A stretch of 63,848 bases of DNA, the filler included, from Octopus bimaculoides (taxonomy: Eukaryota), in the NCBI RefSeq assembly GCF_001194135.2. It is 6 parts of 6 records of this genome, joined end to end, with 100 filler letters (N's around TTAATTAATTAA, not from the genome) between each part and the next. Parts side by side here need not be neighbours in the genome. Positions count along the whole stretch, not along the records: positions 23,991 to 42,008 come from NC_068986.1; positions 42,109 to 54,812 come from NW_026426598.1; 4 more parts are not named here. One strand, written 5' to 3'. Positions 37,918-51,699 of this stretch are shown here, one piece after another; position 1 is the first letter of the stretch; the number at the start of each line of letters is the position of its first letter. The position numbers were made by a program, and so were the translations under genes. The notes beneath the pieces are model-generated. The model did not search any database. It saw only the letters and a list, made by a program, of their open reading frames with translations, and was not told the DNA's origin.

Positions 37918-38210
37918 AGCTAAGTGGTTAGGGTATTCAGCTTACACCTATAAGGTTGTGAGTTCAATTCCTGGCAGTGCATTGTGTCCTTGAACAAAAC
38001 ATTTAATTTCCCATTACTCCAGTCCACACAGCTGGCAAAAATGACATGTACCTGTAATTTAAAAGAGCCAGCCTCATTACATTCTTTGTCACACTGTACC
38101 TCCCTGAGAACTACATTAAGAGTATGCAAGTCCGTGCGGTGCTCAATCACATGTGCATGAATTTCATGAGCAGGCTGTTCTGTTGATCTAATCAACTGGA
38201 ACAGTCATCA
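37918..38210 (+). mobile_element. SINE family C copy
   Basis: GTGGTTAGGGTATTCAGC...GAGTTCAATTCCTGG...TGTGTCCTTGAAC; 3' part homologous to 42230-42410. Confidence 0.75.
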
Positions 38211-40539
38211 TCTTAATTGACAGAATGCCAGGTCATGTTCTACAATATAGAGATAGTTTAATTCTTAGGATAGGACAAATTCTTTGATTGTTGGACTTGG
38301 AAAAGGTGTAGGGAAAATACACGTGATCCTTGTTTCAAAAAAATACAGAATGGATAATATATCTCACTAATTTGAAGTGCAGAAAAATAGAAGTGGCAAT
38401 TTAGAAGATGAAGCATGATTATGATTATTATATTGTAATTTCCCTTCTCTGTAATTAAGTTTTATTTTTATGCTGAGTATTAACATTTTATTTCCCATTG
38501 GTTTCCTATAGTATAATTAGGATTTTAAACGACTTCTTTCTCATTAATACCACATGGCATGAAAATCAATTTTATCCAAATTAAAAATTCCGTTCAACAT
38601 TTTCTGATAATAATTACTTTATTATTTTATTATTTTCTATAATTAAGGCAGTAGAATGGCAGAAATACTTTGATTTTTTTTTTTATGGCTTTATCAGAGA
38701 AGGATATCACAATGCCTGTGGCCTTTCTTACAATGTTCTTGAGACTAATGGGGTGAGAGAAAGAGAGGAAGAAATGGGGGACATGTTCCAAATATCTGCA
38801 ACTGAGTGGACAGTCCTAAAAGCACCCAAGGGTCAGATAGGGGTGTTAAATTGGGTGACTGATTAAGTCTCCTATGGACAAGTATGGTCCATCTGAAGGG
38901 ATTCTGTATGGTTTTCATCTACCCAAATTTCACTCACAAAGTTGTGTGGTTAACAATATTTAACTAAAATGCCATGAAGTGGGAAACAACGCAGGACTTG
39001 TGATTGAAAAGCAAACTTTTTAAACCAGTCATTTGTTATAATTTGTTTACTCTGAGCTTATTTCCTCCTAGAATATCAGATATGTTCTGTTCATAAGTGC
39101 TTGAGAAAATAAGCATTGGTAGTATATTGAGGGTTGATCAGTTATCCTTCCCTAGTATTTTTAAATTCAGTGTTAATGTAAGAGATCATTGTTCTTCTAA
39201 CTGGAAGGATAACTAATTATATGTATATGTACATACATACATACGTGTGTGTGTGTCTAGCTGTATGTATGTATGTATGTATGTATATATATGTGTATGG
39301 GCATGTGTGTCTTTGTGTCTGTCCACTGCTTGACAAATTATGTTGGTTTGTTTATATCTGTGTAACTTAGCAGTTTGGCAAGATAGACTGATAGAATAAG
39401 TACTGAATAAGTGTTACTTTCTTCCACTAATCTCTACCCATCATCATTCTGGTATGTTATTTGAATTTGAATGCATCATCTTGAAGCATTCCAAGAAGAA
39501 GACAACTATTCTCTCTTCAGGTGCCTGTAGATACCTAACATGATTTACCTTAACAATATGTTTCAGTATAAACGTGCATATTTTAATTCAAATTTTTCAT
39601 ATTTACAAATTAACAAAGAATTTTATATAAAAATATCAAATCATAGAATAGACAAATACAGGAATGCTTGTATAGTTAAGAAGTTTGCTTAACAATTATG
39701 TTGTTTTAGGTTCATTTCTGATGCATAACACCTTGAGCGACTGACTTGGACATTAAATCAAGTTGATTACAGCCTTAAGAGTGAAATTTGATATATACAA
39801 ATTGTGTGGAATCCCTGTCTAATAATCTGTTCTTCCTCCTCTATGGCAGACCTGATCTCTTACCCAGTTTAACATAACATTCTTATCCTTGAGATCTTTC
39901 AGTGGATTCCATCTTATTACAAATATTCTGATCTGGTCTCTAGTCTGAAGACAATTACTTCCTTTCATCTTGAAAAAAGGTCATTGAGACTGCCCTTCCT
40001 CCTCTGACTAAATTCTTAAACAAAAAGTAAAAGAATATGGTTTTCTATTTTGCCAACAAACAGCTGTGGTGAAAAAAAGAAAGGTTGGAGATGGCCTATG
40101 TTCCATTGGAACAAAATATTATTCAAACTCAAACATATGTATAGACACAGGTCTATCTCTGCAATTAAGAAGTTTGCTTTACACCAACATACTTTTCAGT
40201 TCAATGAGAGAGTGGACACTTTCATAAGAAGGTGAGGGAGAATAACAGATGGTTTATCCCTTTAGTGTTTAAAGTCAGAAACCATGGTCCAGGAAATAGA
40301 TGGTAAATGTTTTTATTTTTCATTCCCTTCGAAATTTATCCCTAATAGTGGTTTGGATTTTGGCTATCCTATGATTGATACTTCTTATGTGTTTAAATGT
40401 ATACTGTATTTATATGAATAATATATAGTCATTGACTAATTTTTCAATACGCCAGGCCACTGGTGGTAAAAATTTCTAAAATTTTTCTTACCCTGATATT
40501 ATCAATTATATATATATAAATTATCTTCTACCCTTTATT

Positions 40540-40925
40540 TGTTTCGGTCACTAGACTGCATCCATGCAGGGCACTGCCTTGAAGAATTTTTAGCTGAATG
40601 AATTAACAGAGTACTTATTTTTTTAAAGCCTGGTACTTATTCTATTGGTCCCTTTTGCCAAACTGCTGAGTTATGGGGATGTAAACACACCAACACTGTT
40701 TTCAAGCAGTGGTAGAAAACAAAAACTGACACAAAGACACACATACACACACACAAATACAAACACACACACACACAGAGGACAGGCTTTTTTCAGTTTC
40801 TATCTACCAAATCCACTCACAAGACTTTGGCTATAGAAGACTGCTCACAAGACTGAGGCTATAGCAGAAGATACTTGCCTAAGGTGCCACACAGTAGGAA
40901 TCATGTGGTTGGGAAACAAACTTAC
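40540..40925 (-). mobile_element. SINE family B, diverged
   Basis: Homologous to 36272-36954. Confidence 0.75.
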
Positions 40926-41420
40926 ATATATATATATATATAACCGTCAAAGAACTGCTCATCATAAAATCATGATAATATTTATAATTCAAGAAGATAA
41001 AAAAAATTTCGAAGATATTAATATTTGTCATTACATATTAAGCGTAATTATTAGAGTTTGTTATATTTCAAACCATTGTGAACAATGAAGGAAAATATGT
41101 CAGCCAATTGAGTTTACTTGTTGGCAGTCATCCATGCTATTTGGCTGGTATCTAACAGATAAATAGGAAATCTTAGTGAGGATTACATTGATCATCTAAA
41201 GAAAAATTAATACAATGAAAGGTATGTTTCCAAATAAATTATAATCTTATAGGTAACACCTCACAAGAGACCCAATTATAGTTTTAGAACACACACGCAC
41301 ACACACACGCACACACATACACACACACACATACACACACACATGTACATAAACACATACATATACTGCATATAGATATGTATACACAAAGATATAGGAC
41401 TACACACACACACAATACAA

Positions 41421-41498
<78 letters not shown>

Positions 41499-41722
41499 TC
41501 TTATTTTTTTACTTGTTTCGGTCACTTGACAGCAGTCATGCTGGAGCAATGTCTTAAAGGGTTTTAGTCAAAGAAATCGACCCCAGAACTTATTCTTTGT
41601 AAGCCTAGTACTTATTGTATCAGTCTCTTTTACTAAACCGCTAAGTTACGGGGATGTGAACACACCAACACTGACTATCAAGTGATGGTAGGGAAACAAA
41701 CACAGATACAAAGATACACACA

Positions 41723-42008
41723 CATCATCATCATCATCATCATCATCATCGTTTAACGTCCGCTTTCCATGCTAGCATGGGTTGGACGATTTGACTGAGG
41801 ACTGGTGAAACCGGATGGCAACACCAGGCTCCAGTCTGATTTGGCAGAGTTTCTACAGCTGGATGCCCTTCCTAACGCCAACCACTCAGAGAGTGTAGTG
41901 GGTGCTTTTACGTGTCACCCGCACGAAAACGGCCACGCTCGAAATGGTGTCTTTTATGTGCCACCCGCACAAGCCAGTCCAGGGGCACTGGCAACGATCT
42001 CGCTCGAA
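41723..42008 (-). mobile_element. Young RTE LINE 3' end inserted in the microsatellite of a SINE B (41500-41722)
   Basis: Homologous to the 3' UTR of the RT-bearing LINE at 24371-24700; (CAT)n tail; runs into an N gap. Confidence 0.85.
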
Positions 42009-42109
42009 NNNNNNNNNNNNNNNNNNNNNNNNNNNNNNNNNNNNNNNNNNNNTTAATTAATTAANNNNNNNNNNNNNNNNNNNNNNNNNNNNNNNNNNNN
42101 NNNNNNNNA

Positions 42110-42410
42110 TTGAGCGAAAACACCTAAAAAGCTCCACGAGGCTCTGGCAGGGGATGGTGGGGAACCCTGCTGTACTCTTCCACCACACCTTTCTCTCACT
42201 CTTACTTCCTGTTTCTGTTGTACCTGTAATTCAAAGGGCCAGCCTTGTCACACCGTGTCACGCTGAATATCCCCGAGAACTACGTTAAGGGTACACGTGT
42301 CTGTGGAGTGCTCAGCCACTTGCACGTTAATTTCACGAGCAGGCTGTTCCGTTGATCGGATCAACTGGAACCCTCGACGTCGTAAGCGACGGAATACCAA
42401 CAACAACAAT
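42110..42410 (+). mobile_element. Young SINE family C-related 3' part
   Basis: GTACCTGTAATTCAAAGGGCCAGCC...GATCAACTGGAACCCTCG...CAACAACAA; CpG-rich counterpart of 38050-38210. Confidence 0.7.
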
Positions 42411-42719
42411 ACGCATGAGAATAATACTTTCAGTAGTTTACGATAGAGTAAGAAATATACGTATTTAGGTTTTAGCTATTCAGTATAGTGAACTGAAATT
42501 AAATTAGAAAAAGTAAAAATTAGAATTTAACAATATATCGAATCAATTATTTTATCTACAATCTAGTTGTTCATTAAGTCAAAATAGGGGAGATAAGAAA
42601 TAAAATACATCTTTAAAAAATTTGACCTTTCGTAAATAAATGATGCTTAACAAATAACATTATAAGTAATATTCTAAATAAGACATAATGAAAACGGAGG
42701 TGATTATTAAATATATATA

Positions 42720-43975
42720 CAAGGTGGGTAAAGTATTTGAGAACATACCTTTATTGGGTAATTGCTGCATTTTTTGCTAACTCTGTATAATTTTTGTTTC
42801 AGAAAATAATAATGTCAGATCGTCAGCTTACTCAAGAAATGAAGAGGCATGCTGTTATTGCGGTTATAAAGGTTGAGTATAGCGATTTAAAAATATCTCG
42901 ATTTTTAAAAGTTGCCAGATCTTTCGTCTACAAAGTTTGTAAGGAGCTTACAGACCGAAGATGGAAACGTATCACCAGTATCAAAGCAGAAAAAGCATTC
43001 TAAACAATGTGAAACCATCAGAACACCTGAATTTATCCAATAGTTCAACAGATCATTGATTACAATCCCAGAAAGTCCATGAGGTGAAATGCAAAAGATC
43101 TCCATGTGTCAGAAGGAACAGTCAAAACATGTTGTCCACGAAGACATCAAATATAAGGCTTATATGACGAGGAAAGGTCAATTTGTGAGAAAAAGCAAAA
43201 GAAAATCACTACATCTGATCTAAAAAGATCTTAAACAAACTGATAAATTCAGCAGAAGAAGATTTGATTTAGTTTTTCTCAGATGAGAAAAACTTCGACC
43301 AAGATCAAAAAGTTAACAGAAGAAATGACAGATGGTTATGTGCAGAACCTTCTGAAATTTCAAGTGTTATGCATACAAAATTCCCTGCAACTGTCATAGT
43401 TTTAGGGGTTGTCAGCAATTAGGAACATGTGATGCCTCCTTACTTCTTTCCACAAGGCCTTAGAGTTAAGTCTGCCGCCCACATTGAGGTCCTGGAAATA
43501 ATTGTTAAGCCCTGGATAGATAGTGTATGCAATTGAAAGTGATATGTGTTTCAGTAAGACTCTGCACTATCACACATGGCTCTAGTAACATTAGAATGGG
43601 TGGTTGAAAATTTTCATGATCACATAACCCTTAACATTTGGCCTCCTAATTCCCCAGATCTCAATTCATATGTGGAGCGTTGTTGAGAGAGGTCGATGAA
43701 CACGCCCACAGCACCAAAGATTCTTTGAAAGCATCCATAGTCAGAGTGATGTCCAAAATGAACCAGGACCACTTGATTCGAGCATGTAGCTGATTTAGAT
43801 CTTATATAGAAGCAGTTGTTGAAGCTGAAGGTGGCTTCATTGAATAACATTATAGAAAAGAAGGTATATTTTCATCCTCATAGCATTTTTTGATTAATAA
43901 AGTTATTATTTGTTATTATACATCTGTTTTTTTTTTATAAGCATAAATCTGACCTCAACTATCTTACGCACCCTG
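42720..43975 (+). mobile_element. Full-length decayed Tc1/mariner element, DD37D (maT) type
   Basis: TA-flanked TIRs CAAGGTGGGTAAAGTATTTGAG and CTCAACTATCTTACGCACCCTG. Translation FSDEKNF...HTKFPATV...VFQ*DSALSH...WPPNSPDLN...EAVVEAEGGFIE*. Spacing from the second D to SPDLN fits 37. Many stops. Confidence 0.9.
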
Positions 43976-44053
43976 TATATATCGTCAGTAGTTCATATAT
44001 CCGAAAAAGAAGCATACTCTAAAGCATAGGAGCAATAATGTATTTTCTAGGAA

Positions 44054-44473
44054 GTTAAAAGTTATGGCTGCTCATGAAATGACCATTGTTTTCGCACTTT
44101 TAAAGTCTTAGCAGTGTAGGCAACTCGTCAGACTGAAGTGACGCATAACGGTCAGTTGGTTGTGTAAAAAAAATAATTGCCCGTGCTGCGGGACGGGATT
44201 ACCCCCTACATAACTAACACATTCCCAATTTGATGAATAGTCCCACCACAACTCCTTCGAATATTACCATGGCCGGAGCCGATGTAAGGGGTATAATCCA
44301 GACCTGCTAACCCCATCCCGCAGCACAGACAATTATTTTGTTACGTATTTCTCCCTCCGTTCTAGAGAGTTTATGCGTCTTCAGCCATTTGAGTCTGACG
44401 AGTCGCCTACACTGCAAAGCGCTTAATAGGAGCGAAAACAAAGGGTACTCTTTGATCAGCCATAACTTTTAAC
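44054..44473. mobile_element. Foldback/MITE-like palindromic element
   Basis: Arms of about 150 bp are imperfect reverse complements, e.g. CAGTGTAGGCAACTCGTCAGACT vs AGTCTGACGAGTCGCCTACACTG. Confidence 0.8.
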
Positions 44474-44477
44474 ACCA

Positions 44478-45706
44478 GCTTTAGTCGAACAAATTGACTC
44501 CAGGACTTATTCTTTGTAAGCCTAGTACTTATTCTATCGGTCCCTTTTGCTGAAGCGCTAAGTTACGGGGACGTAAACACACCAGCATCGATTGTTAAGC
44601 GATGGTGGTGGGGGGACAAACACAGACACACAGACACACACACGCACACACGCACACACACACACATACGACGGGCTACTTTCAGTTTCCGTCTACCAAA
44701 TCCACTAACAAGGCTTTGGTCGACCCGTTGTCATAGTAGAAGACACTTGCCCAAGGTGCCACAAGTGGGACTGAACCCGGAACCATGTGGTTGGTAAGCA
44801 AGCTACTTACCACACAGTTACTCTTTTATCCTTTTTCTTGCTTCAGTCAGTTGATTGCGGCTATGCTGGAGCACCGCCTTGAAGGGTTTCAGTCAAGCAA
44901 ATCGACCTCAGGACCAAGTACTTATTCTATCGGTCTCTTTGGCCGCACTGCTAAGTTACGGGACGTAAGCACACCAACACCGGTTGCCAAGCAGGCATGG
45001 GGGACAAACACAGACACAAAGACACGCAGTGGGACTGAACCCCGAGCCATGTGGCTGGGAATCAAACTTCTTGCCATACACACAAACGCGCGCGCACACA
45101 TACATGCAAATGTATAAAAATCAGTCTTGCTAGCCGTCGGAAATGCTAACATAAACGAGGAAGTATAAAAATAAAGAATTACTCGGAAATGACGAGGAGG
45201 CGACGACGATTCGTGTGTGTGTGTGGGGGGGGGGGTGAGTATACACATTAATAATAATAATAATAANNNNNNNNNNNNNNNNNNNNNNNNNNNNNNNNNN
45301 NNNNNNNNNNNNNNNNNNNNNNNNNNNNNNNNNNNNNNNNNNNNNNNNNNNNNNNNNNNNNNNNNNNNNNNNNNNNNNNNNNNNNNNNNNNNNNNNNNNN
45401 NNNNNNNNNNNNNNNNNNNNNNNNNNNNNNNNNNNNNNNNNNNNNNNNNNNNNNNNNNNNNNNNNNNNNNNNNNNNNNNNNNNNNNNNNNNNNNNNNNNN
45501 NNNNNNNNNNNNNNNNNNNNNNNNNNNNNNNNNNNNNNNNNNNNNNNNNNNNNNNNNNNNNNNNNNNNNNNNNNNNNNNNNNNNNNNNNNNNNNNNNNNN
45601 NNNNNNNNNNNNNNNNNNNNNNNNNNNNNNNNNNNNNNNNNNNNNNNNNNNNNNNNNNNNNNNNNNNNNNNNNNNNNNNNNNNNNNNNNNNNNNNNNNNN
45701 NNNNNN

Positions 45707-45749
<43 letters not shown>

Positions 45750-45925
45750 ACATACACATATTTACGACGTGCTACTTTCCGTTTCCGTGTACCAAATCCA
45801 CTCATAAGGCTTTGGTCGGCCCGAGGCTATAGTAGAAGACACCTGGGCAAGGTGCCACACAGTGGAACTGAACCTAGGACCATGTGGTTGGTAAGCAAGC
45901 TTTTTACTACACTGACATGCCTGCC
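44478..45925 (-). mobile_element. Cluster of three SINE family B copies or fragments in the same orientation
   Basis: 44478-44820, 44830-45075 and 45710-45925 each match the family B sequence. Confidence 0.8.
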
Positions 45926-45934
45926 ATATATATA

Positions 45935-46700
45935 CAGAGTGTTCGAGCTAAATTTAACAGTTTGCATAAATGGAAATAAAAACCCTATATCCCATTAAAA
46001 AATAAAAATATTTTCTTAAAAATCAAAGAAAAGTATCATTAAGATTATGATTATGAGGTTACAATTTACTCAAACAAACCGCTCTCAGCTTCCACCAGGG
46101 TCTCAAAACATCTCCGGAACCTGGCACATACATTGTTCATCGTGTCTCAGGGGAGATTTTCGAACATTTTCATTTTGGCTGCTAGTTCGGCCTTGATATT
46201 GCAGGCAGAGCAGTTTGGAGTCTTTCTCAACTGCGCCCCATACATATTTATCCGTGAGGTTACAAATCGGGGAAGTTAGATGAGAAATTGGAGTCGGTGA
46301 AGCGGTAGAAATTTTTCGACAACCACTTTTGACTTTTTCCGGGGGGTATCTCAAAGAGCCGAATCCTACTGCCACACATGGCTTTCCAACAGCAACCCTC
46401 TCCCGTGAGAGTTTGACCACAATCTCCTGCAGCTACACAGAGCCGTCTGAATTGAGCCTAAGGCCCTATTTATAGATGTGAAGCTGAATTTCGGTGTGGG
46501 GATGTAGTCAGAACACCTACTGTGTCACATCCTACTGGCCACGGCTTTGCAGTCTCCGTTGCAACTGTCCATGTCATGTCATACTCGGCGATAATCATCC
46601 TGCTACAGGTAACTCTTTTCTAATATTCAGATGGTTTCCAGTATTCCATGTCAGCTAACTTTTTTCTCAGCTACAACTTTAGCCTTTATGCACTCCAACG
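45935..46700 (-). mobile_element. Internally deleted DD37D-type Tc1/mariner remnant
   Basis: TA/CAGAGTGTTCGAG terminus. Frameshifted VAVGKP.VWQ.DSA, SPICN and KYVWGAVEKD, with an N-terminal MEYWKPSEY. Confidence 0.8.
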
Positions 46701-46816
46701 CTGTTAACTTCTCACCAGTACTTCAAGCTGTTCTTTAAAAAAAAGACATAAATATCGTTTAATTAGACTGAGCACGCGCACACACACGCACACATATATA
46801 TATAAACAAGTGTGCA

Positions 46817-46860
<44 letters not shown>

Positions 46861-47070
46861 CATATGATGATATCTCCACAATGTGTTGATGATATTAGCG
46901 TCAAAACTCTCTTTTAAATTTAAAATTTTGGATATATATATATACACATACACATGTATACACACACGTACATATATACACGTATATATATGTATATTTA
47001 TATATCCATACACACACATACGTATGCGTATGAAAGAAAGTGAGAGGGAGAGGGAGAGAGGGAGAGAGTA

Positions 47071-47107
<37 letters not shown>

Positions 47108-47315
47108 GTCTGTGTATGTGTGTGTCTGTATTTATACATTATCTTTTACTGGATTCAGTTATCAGGCTGCGGTTATGCTTNNNNNNNNNNTTTTACTGGA
47201 TTCAGTTATCAGACTGCGGTTATGCTTGGGTACCGTCTTGAAAAATTTCAGTCGAATGAATCGACCCCTCTCTCTCTATACACGCGCACATACACTCACA
47301 CTTACTCTCTCACAC

Positions 47316-47376
<61 letters not shown>

Positions 47377-48472
47377 CACATGCACACACACGTATACATA
47401 CATAATACACATACATACACACACACAAATGTAAATAATGTGAAAAAGCAAGGCGATCCAGGGAAATGGAATAGAATACAGTCCGGCTAAAATAGAAGGT
47501 AGGGGAGATGGAAATATAAAGAGGCAAAGAGGAATGAAAAAATATAAGTTAAAATAAAACAAACAAATAATTATGATTTCAAATTTTAGCACAGGGTTAG
47601 CACAGGTACTGGATATCGGCCTCAGTACCTGACTCGAAAGAACGAAAGGCACAATCGGCCTCGGTGGAATTGAAACGAATTTCCGTTAAGCATTTTGACC
47701 GGCGTATTAGGTAGTGTAACGAAAAATAATAAAAGTAGAAACAGGGCGAAGTCAACAAAAAATAGTGTGAAATCAATGAAATGGAAGTTTTAAGAATATA
47801 ATTTATTATAGTTATCCATTCTTTCTTATAAAGTTCTTGAATGTGAATTTTAATTTATGCTTACAATTGACAATAAGCTCGTTACGTTTATTTAGGTTTC
47901 TTTTTCTCTGTCGGCGAAGAGAATTTCGAGGGTCTCACAGACACAGAGTTTGCTAAGTCTCTCATTACTGCTATAGCCAGAGTGGACCATTTAAGTTAAT
48001 AGTTGATGTTTTGGGAATTGAGCGAGTGAATGTCTTCAGCTAAGAAATTATTAGATTTTAGGTTAACATTACGAAAAGTATGTATATGAGTTGAGATTCT
48101 GAGCTTCACGGCTTAGTGATGGTTCCGATGTAAGATATAGTCGTGGAGCCGATAGTTTTCATACACACTGGTACACTACATTAACTTGGAAGCAGTTTCC
48201 ATTCAAGGGACACTTATTCCCAGGTTTCAAATTACACCTGTGTTATTGTGCGGTTAAAATATATGTATATATTATATATATGCGAGTCGAGTATGTATAT
48301 TTATATGCATAAACAAATACATATATATGTATATACATATATGAATATACATATACGTGTATTACACCCACCCATACCCACAGACAGACAGATAGACAGA
48401 CACACACATACACATGTAACTAGCGAATTGTACATATAAATCATCCCTTACCTTGAGATTTTTCTACCGTAG

Positions 48473-48514
48473 GTTGACTAATGCCTTGTGGGGAATTTGG
48501 TTGTGGGACACTGT
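48473..48514 (+). CDS. Host gene exon 3 (G+LTNALWGIWLWDT+GT)
   Basis: TTTTTCTACCGTAG acceptor and TGT/GTAAAT donor; 42 nt; phase 2 to 2; junction codons give W and V. Confidence 0.55.
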
Positions 48515-48844
48515 GTAAATCTAGCGTGTGTGACTATATATATAAAGATAGTGTGTGTGTGTGTGTGTATTAGCTTTGTGTGTGAGTGTGTGTGTATGTT
48601 GCGTGTGTGTGTGTGTGTGTGTGCGTGTGTGTGCACGTGTGTGTTTGGGGTGCATATATGGGGGTGTGCGCGTATGAATGTCTATTCTACATGAGTATGC
48701 GTTTCTGCATTTATGTGCGTATATGAATGTGTGCATGTGTTTATATCTAATGTGAGTATATATGTGCTTCGGATATATTTTGTGTGTGTGTGTGTGTGAG
48801 TGAGTGGGTGGGTGGGTGTTTGTGCATGTGTGTGTAAGCACACC

Positions 48845-49430
48845 TGGCGTATGTGAAGGCGATCGTAAGATTATTACAGAAAATACATAAAGCTGGAAAG
48901 CCAGTCTGTGTAGGCAGTGGTGGTTAGGTATCCTGCCCTTGGTTATGGGACAGCCAGTGTTAAAGTGGTATATCTGGCTTGTCGGCGGCCACTGGCTTAA
49001 AGTTCACCTGGCGGGTGTACCTCCGATGATTTCGTATTTCCTGTGGATGAATACTGCGGTTTGGTGGACAATATGCAGTCTTTCGTGAAATTGCGGGCAC
49101 TGGCTGAGTAAGGGACCGGTAACTGCCAGCTCTGCATCTGCGAAAGACTGTTGCTGTTGGGGTGGGAGTCACGGGGTCTCCAGATGAAGCATGACAAAGA
49201 GGTGGAATTTTCTCTTTCTCTGTCCCTGCATTTGAGGGAATGCATATGCTGTGCATACCTTCCCTTGAAGTTATTAGTCGTTTTGACCGTGTAGTGTCTT
49301 GTGATGCCATCGGATAGTGGCATCTGTTGTGGCGTACAATGTTAGAAGCGATATTGTCAAAGCAGGAGTAGCGCACCTTGATATTATGTGAGTTAAATAG
49401 TTTTCAGATCAAGGTTTTACGTCTAGAAAG
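48845..49430 (-). mobile_element. Penelope GIY-YIG C-terminal remnant
   Basis: KLFNSHNIKVRYSCFDNIASNIVRHN, HYTVKTTNNFKGRYAQH and NSTSLSCFIW. Confidence 0.85.
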
Positions 49431-49765
49431 TCAACCGTGGTCTAGTTTGTGGTAACTGTCATGCACAGGCAGAAAACCAGACATTCATACGCCCACACAC
49501 CTATACATGCATCCTAAACACGCACGTGCACACATGCGCACACACGCGCATATGGCAGACACTAACGCACATAACTCATACGCACGCAGCTGATATACAC
49601 AGGTGACGCACATGACCATGTAAACGCGCTCACAAGCACACACACACATAGCTGAGATGCATCTGCATCCATATGTACAGTTAACCTAACAAACACACGC
49701 ATATGCATCATCGAGCAGATGCCACCAGCCCTCATCCACACGTCTTAAACGCACACACACACATA

Positions 49766-49815
<50 letters not shown>

Positions 49816-50280
49816 NNNNNNNNNNNCGCTCTTCCGATCTTACGCATATGCATCAGATTCACCCATCCATGCATTCATACAACAGGCACGCACGCACGCA
49901 CACACACACACATACACACACACATTCACACGCTCACTGACTTTCGAGTACTATCTTAGACAACGACTGTACCCCCAGTTTTCTGCTCAAGCAGTCTAAA
50001 AATTTCAAACTAGGATCTCTATATTTATAGATTTGAAATTGCAGTACTATTTCCAACAACACTATGTGATCTGCCTTGACCAATAGCAGTCCAGTTTTCA
50101 GTAGCCATCTCAGACTTCCTACATCTCTCCATTCAGCCGCCTAAGCCTGACTAGCTAGTTCCTGTAACGAGTGTACGAAATTTTAAGTTGCATGGGGCCG
50201 AATTAAAGGGTTTTAAATATTAATATATGTAACTCGTACTAAATGTTTTGAGTGGCTTTCTTTCGTTTATCCAATCATGG

Positions 50281-50311
<31 letters not shown>

Positions 50312-50484
50312 TGTATGTATGTATGTATGTATGTATGTATGTATGTGTGTATATATGTATATATATATATATATATATATNNNNNNNNNNNNNNNNNNNN
50401 NNNNNNNNNNNNNNNNNNNNNNNNNNNNNNNNNNNNNNNNNNNNNNNNNNNNNNNNNNNNNNNNNNNNNNNNNNNNNNNNNNNN

Positions 50485-50541
<57 letters not shown>

Positions 50542-51699
50542 ACATGCACACATGTATACATTTATATGTTATACTTCTACTAGAGCATACGGTCTATCAA
50601 TAATGACGGAGCTATTTTTGAAAAATATACTTGATGAAAATTGCTAATAAGAGTATGAGGATATAAATAAAAATGTCAAAATAACAATAAAGAAATGTAT
50701 TTTTATCACTCCGCAAATATTATGCTTCTAATAAGTACACTATGTTGTAGTCAATGATTCACTCGTTATTCCTCTTTATTTTATTTTTTTCAATTAGCGT
50801 TCAGCTTTATTTCACAAATTTTGTGCACGTATATATATTCGAAACTAGCCCCAAAAATATGCATATTTACATATGATCTTACAAACAGGCTACATACATT
50901 TTCTGAAGATTTTCAAGTGACAGCAGGTCTTTTATTTACGTAGAAGTTGTACATTTAGAGTATATTTGACACATTCCATGCAAAAGCTACTAATGTACAC
51001 AATAAGCATTATTGTTCACATTCAGAGCAATAGCTCCTGAAGAAATTTATAAATACAAATGCATATAGTTTACTAAATATATATTGATTATGCAAAACAA
51101 GTTCTGTGTGTGTGTGTATGCGTGCGTGCGTGAGTGCGTGCGCGTGCGTGTGTTTGTGAGAATTGCTAGCACTCCGAACAAAACGCTTAGCTTGTCCGAC
51201 AAAATGCCGGATAAAAATTTCTTCTTGCTTTACATTCTGAGTTTATATGTCAACGAGGTTGACATAAGTATTAATTGAGTACTGGGGTCGGTATAATCAA
51301 CTAATACCCAACAAATTCCAAACCTTTTGCCTATTGTAAAAAGGATTATATATATTGATTAGTTTTACCAATGAGAAAAGGAGAAAATTAATTTGATCAG
51401 AAATTATGAACATAATGGAAATACAAACGTTAGTCGAGTTATGAGACAAAGAAAACAACAGAATGAACTTTCGAATAGAAAATATAAATAGAACAACTCC
51501 AGCCCGTATCGAATGATTTAGAAAGTGAGACAAATTCAACAGCTTTAAGTGTTTAAGTATTACTCACAAAATAGAAGTATATATAAAATGCATGTGGCGT
51601 GTTATGAATAGTGATGATAGAAATAGATGTGGGACAGAAACACACACGTGTACTTCTGTAAGTGAGTGTTTATGTGCGTGTATGTATGGAGAGCTGAAA

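Noticed and set aside
40200-40231. Exon-like segment FNERVDTFIRR with AG/GTGAGG donor
   Set aside because: It aligns to a decayed SINE B head, and its phase does not follow exon 2.
49827-49840. CGCTCTTCCGATCT next to a gap
   Set aside because: Exact 3' end of the Illumina sequencing adapter; a contig-end contaminant.
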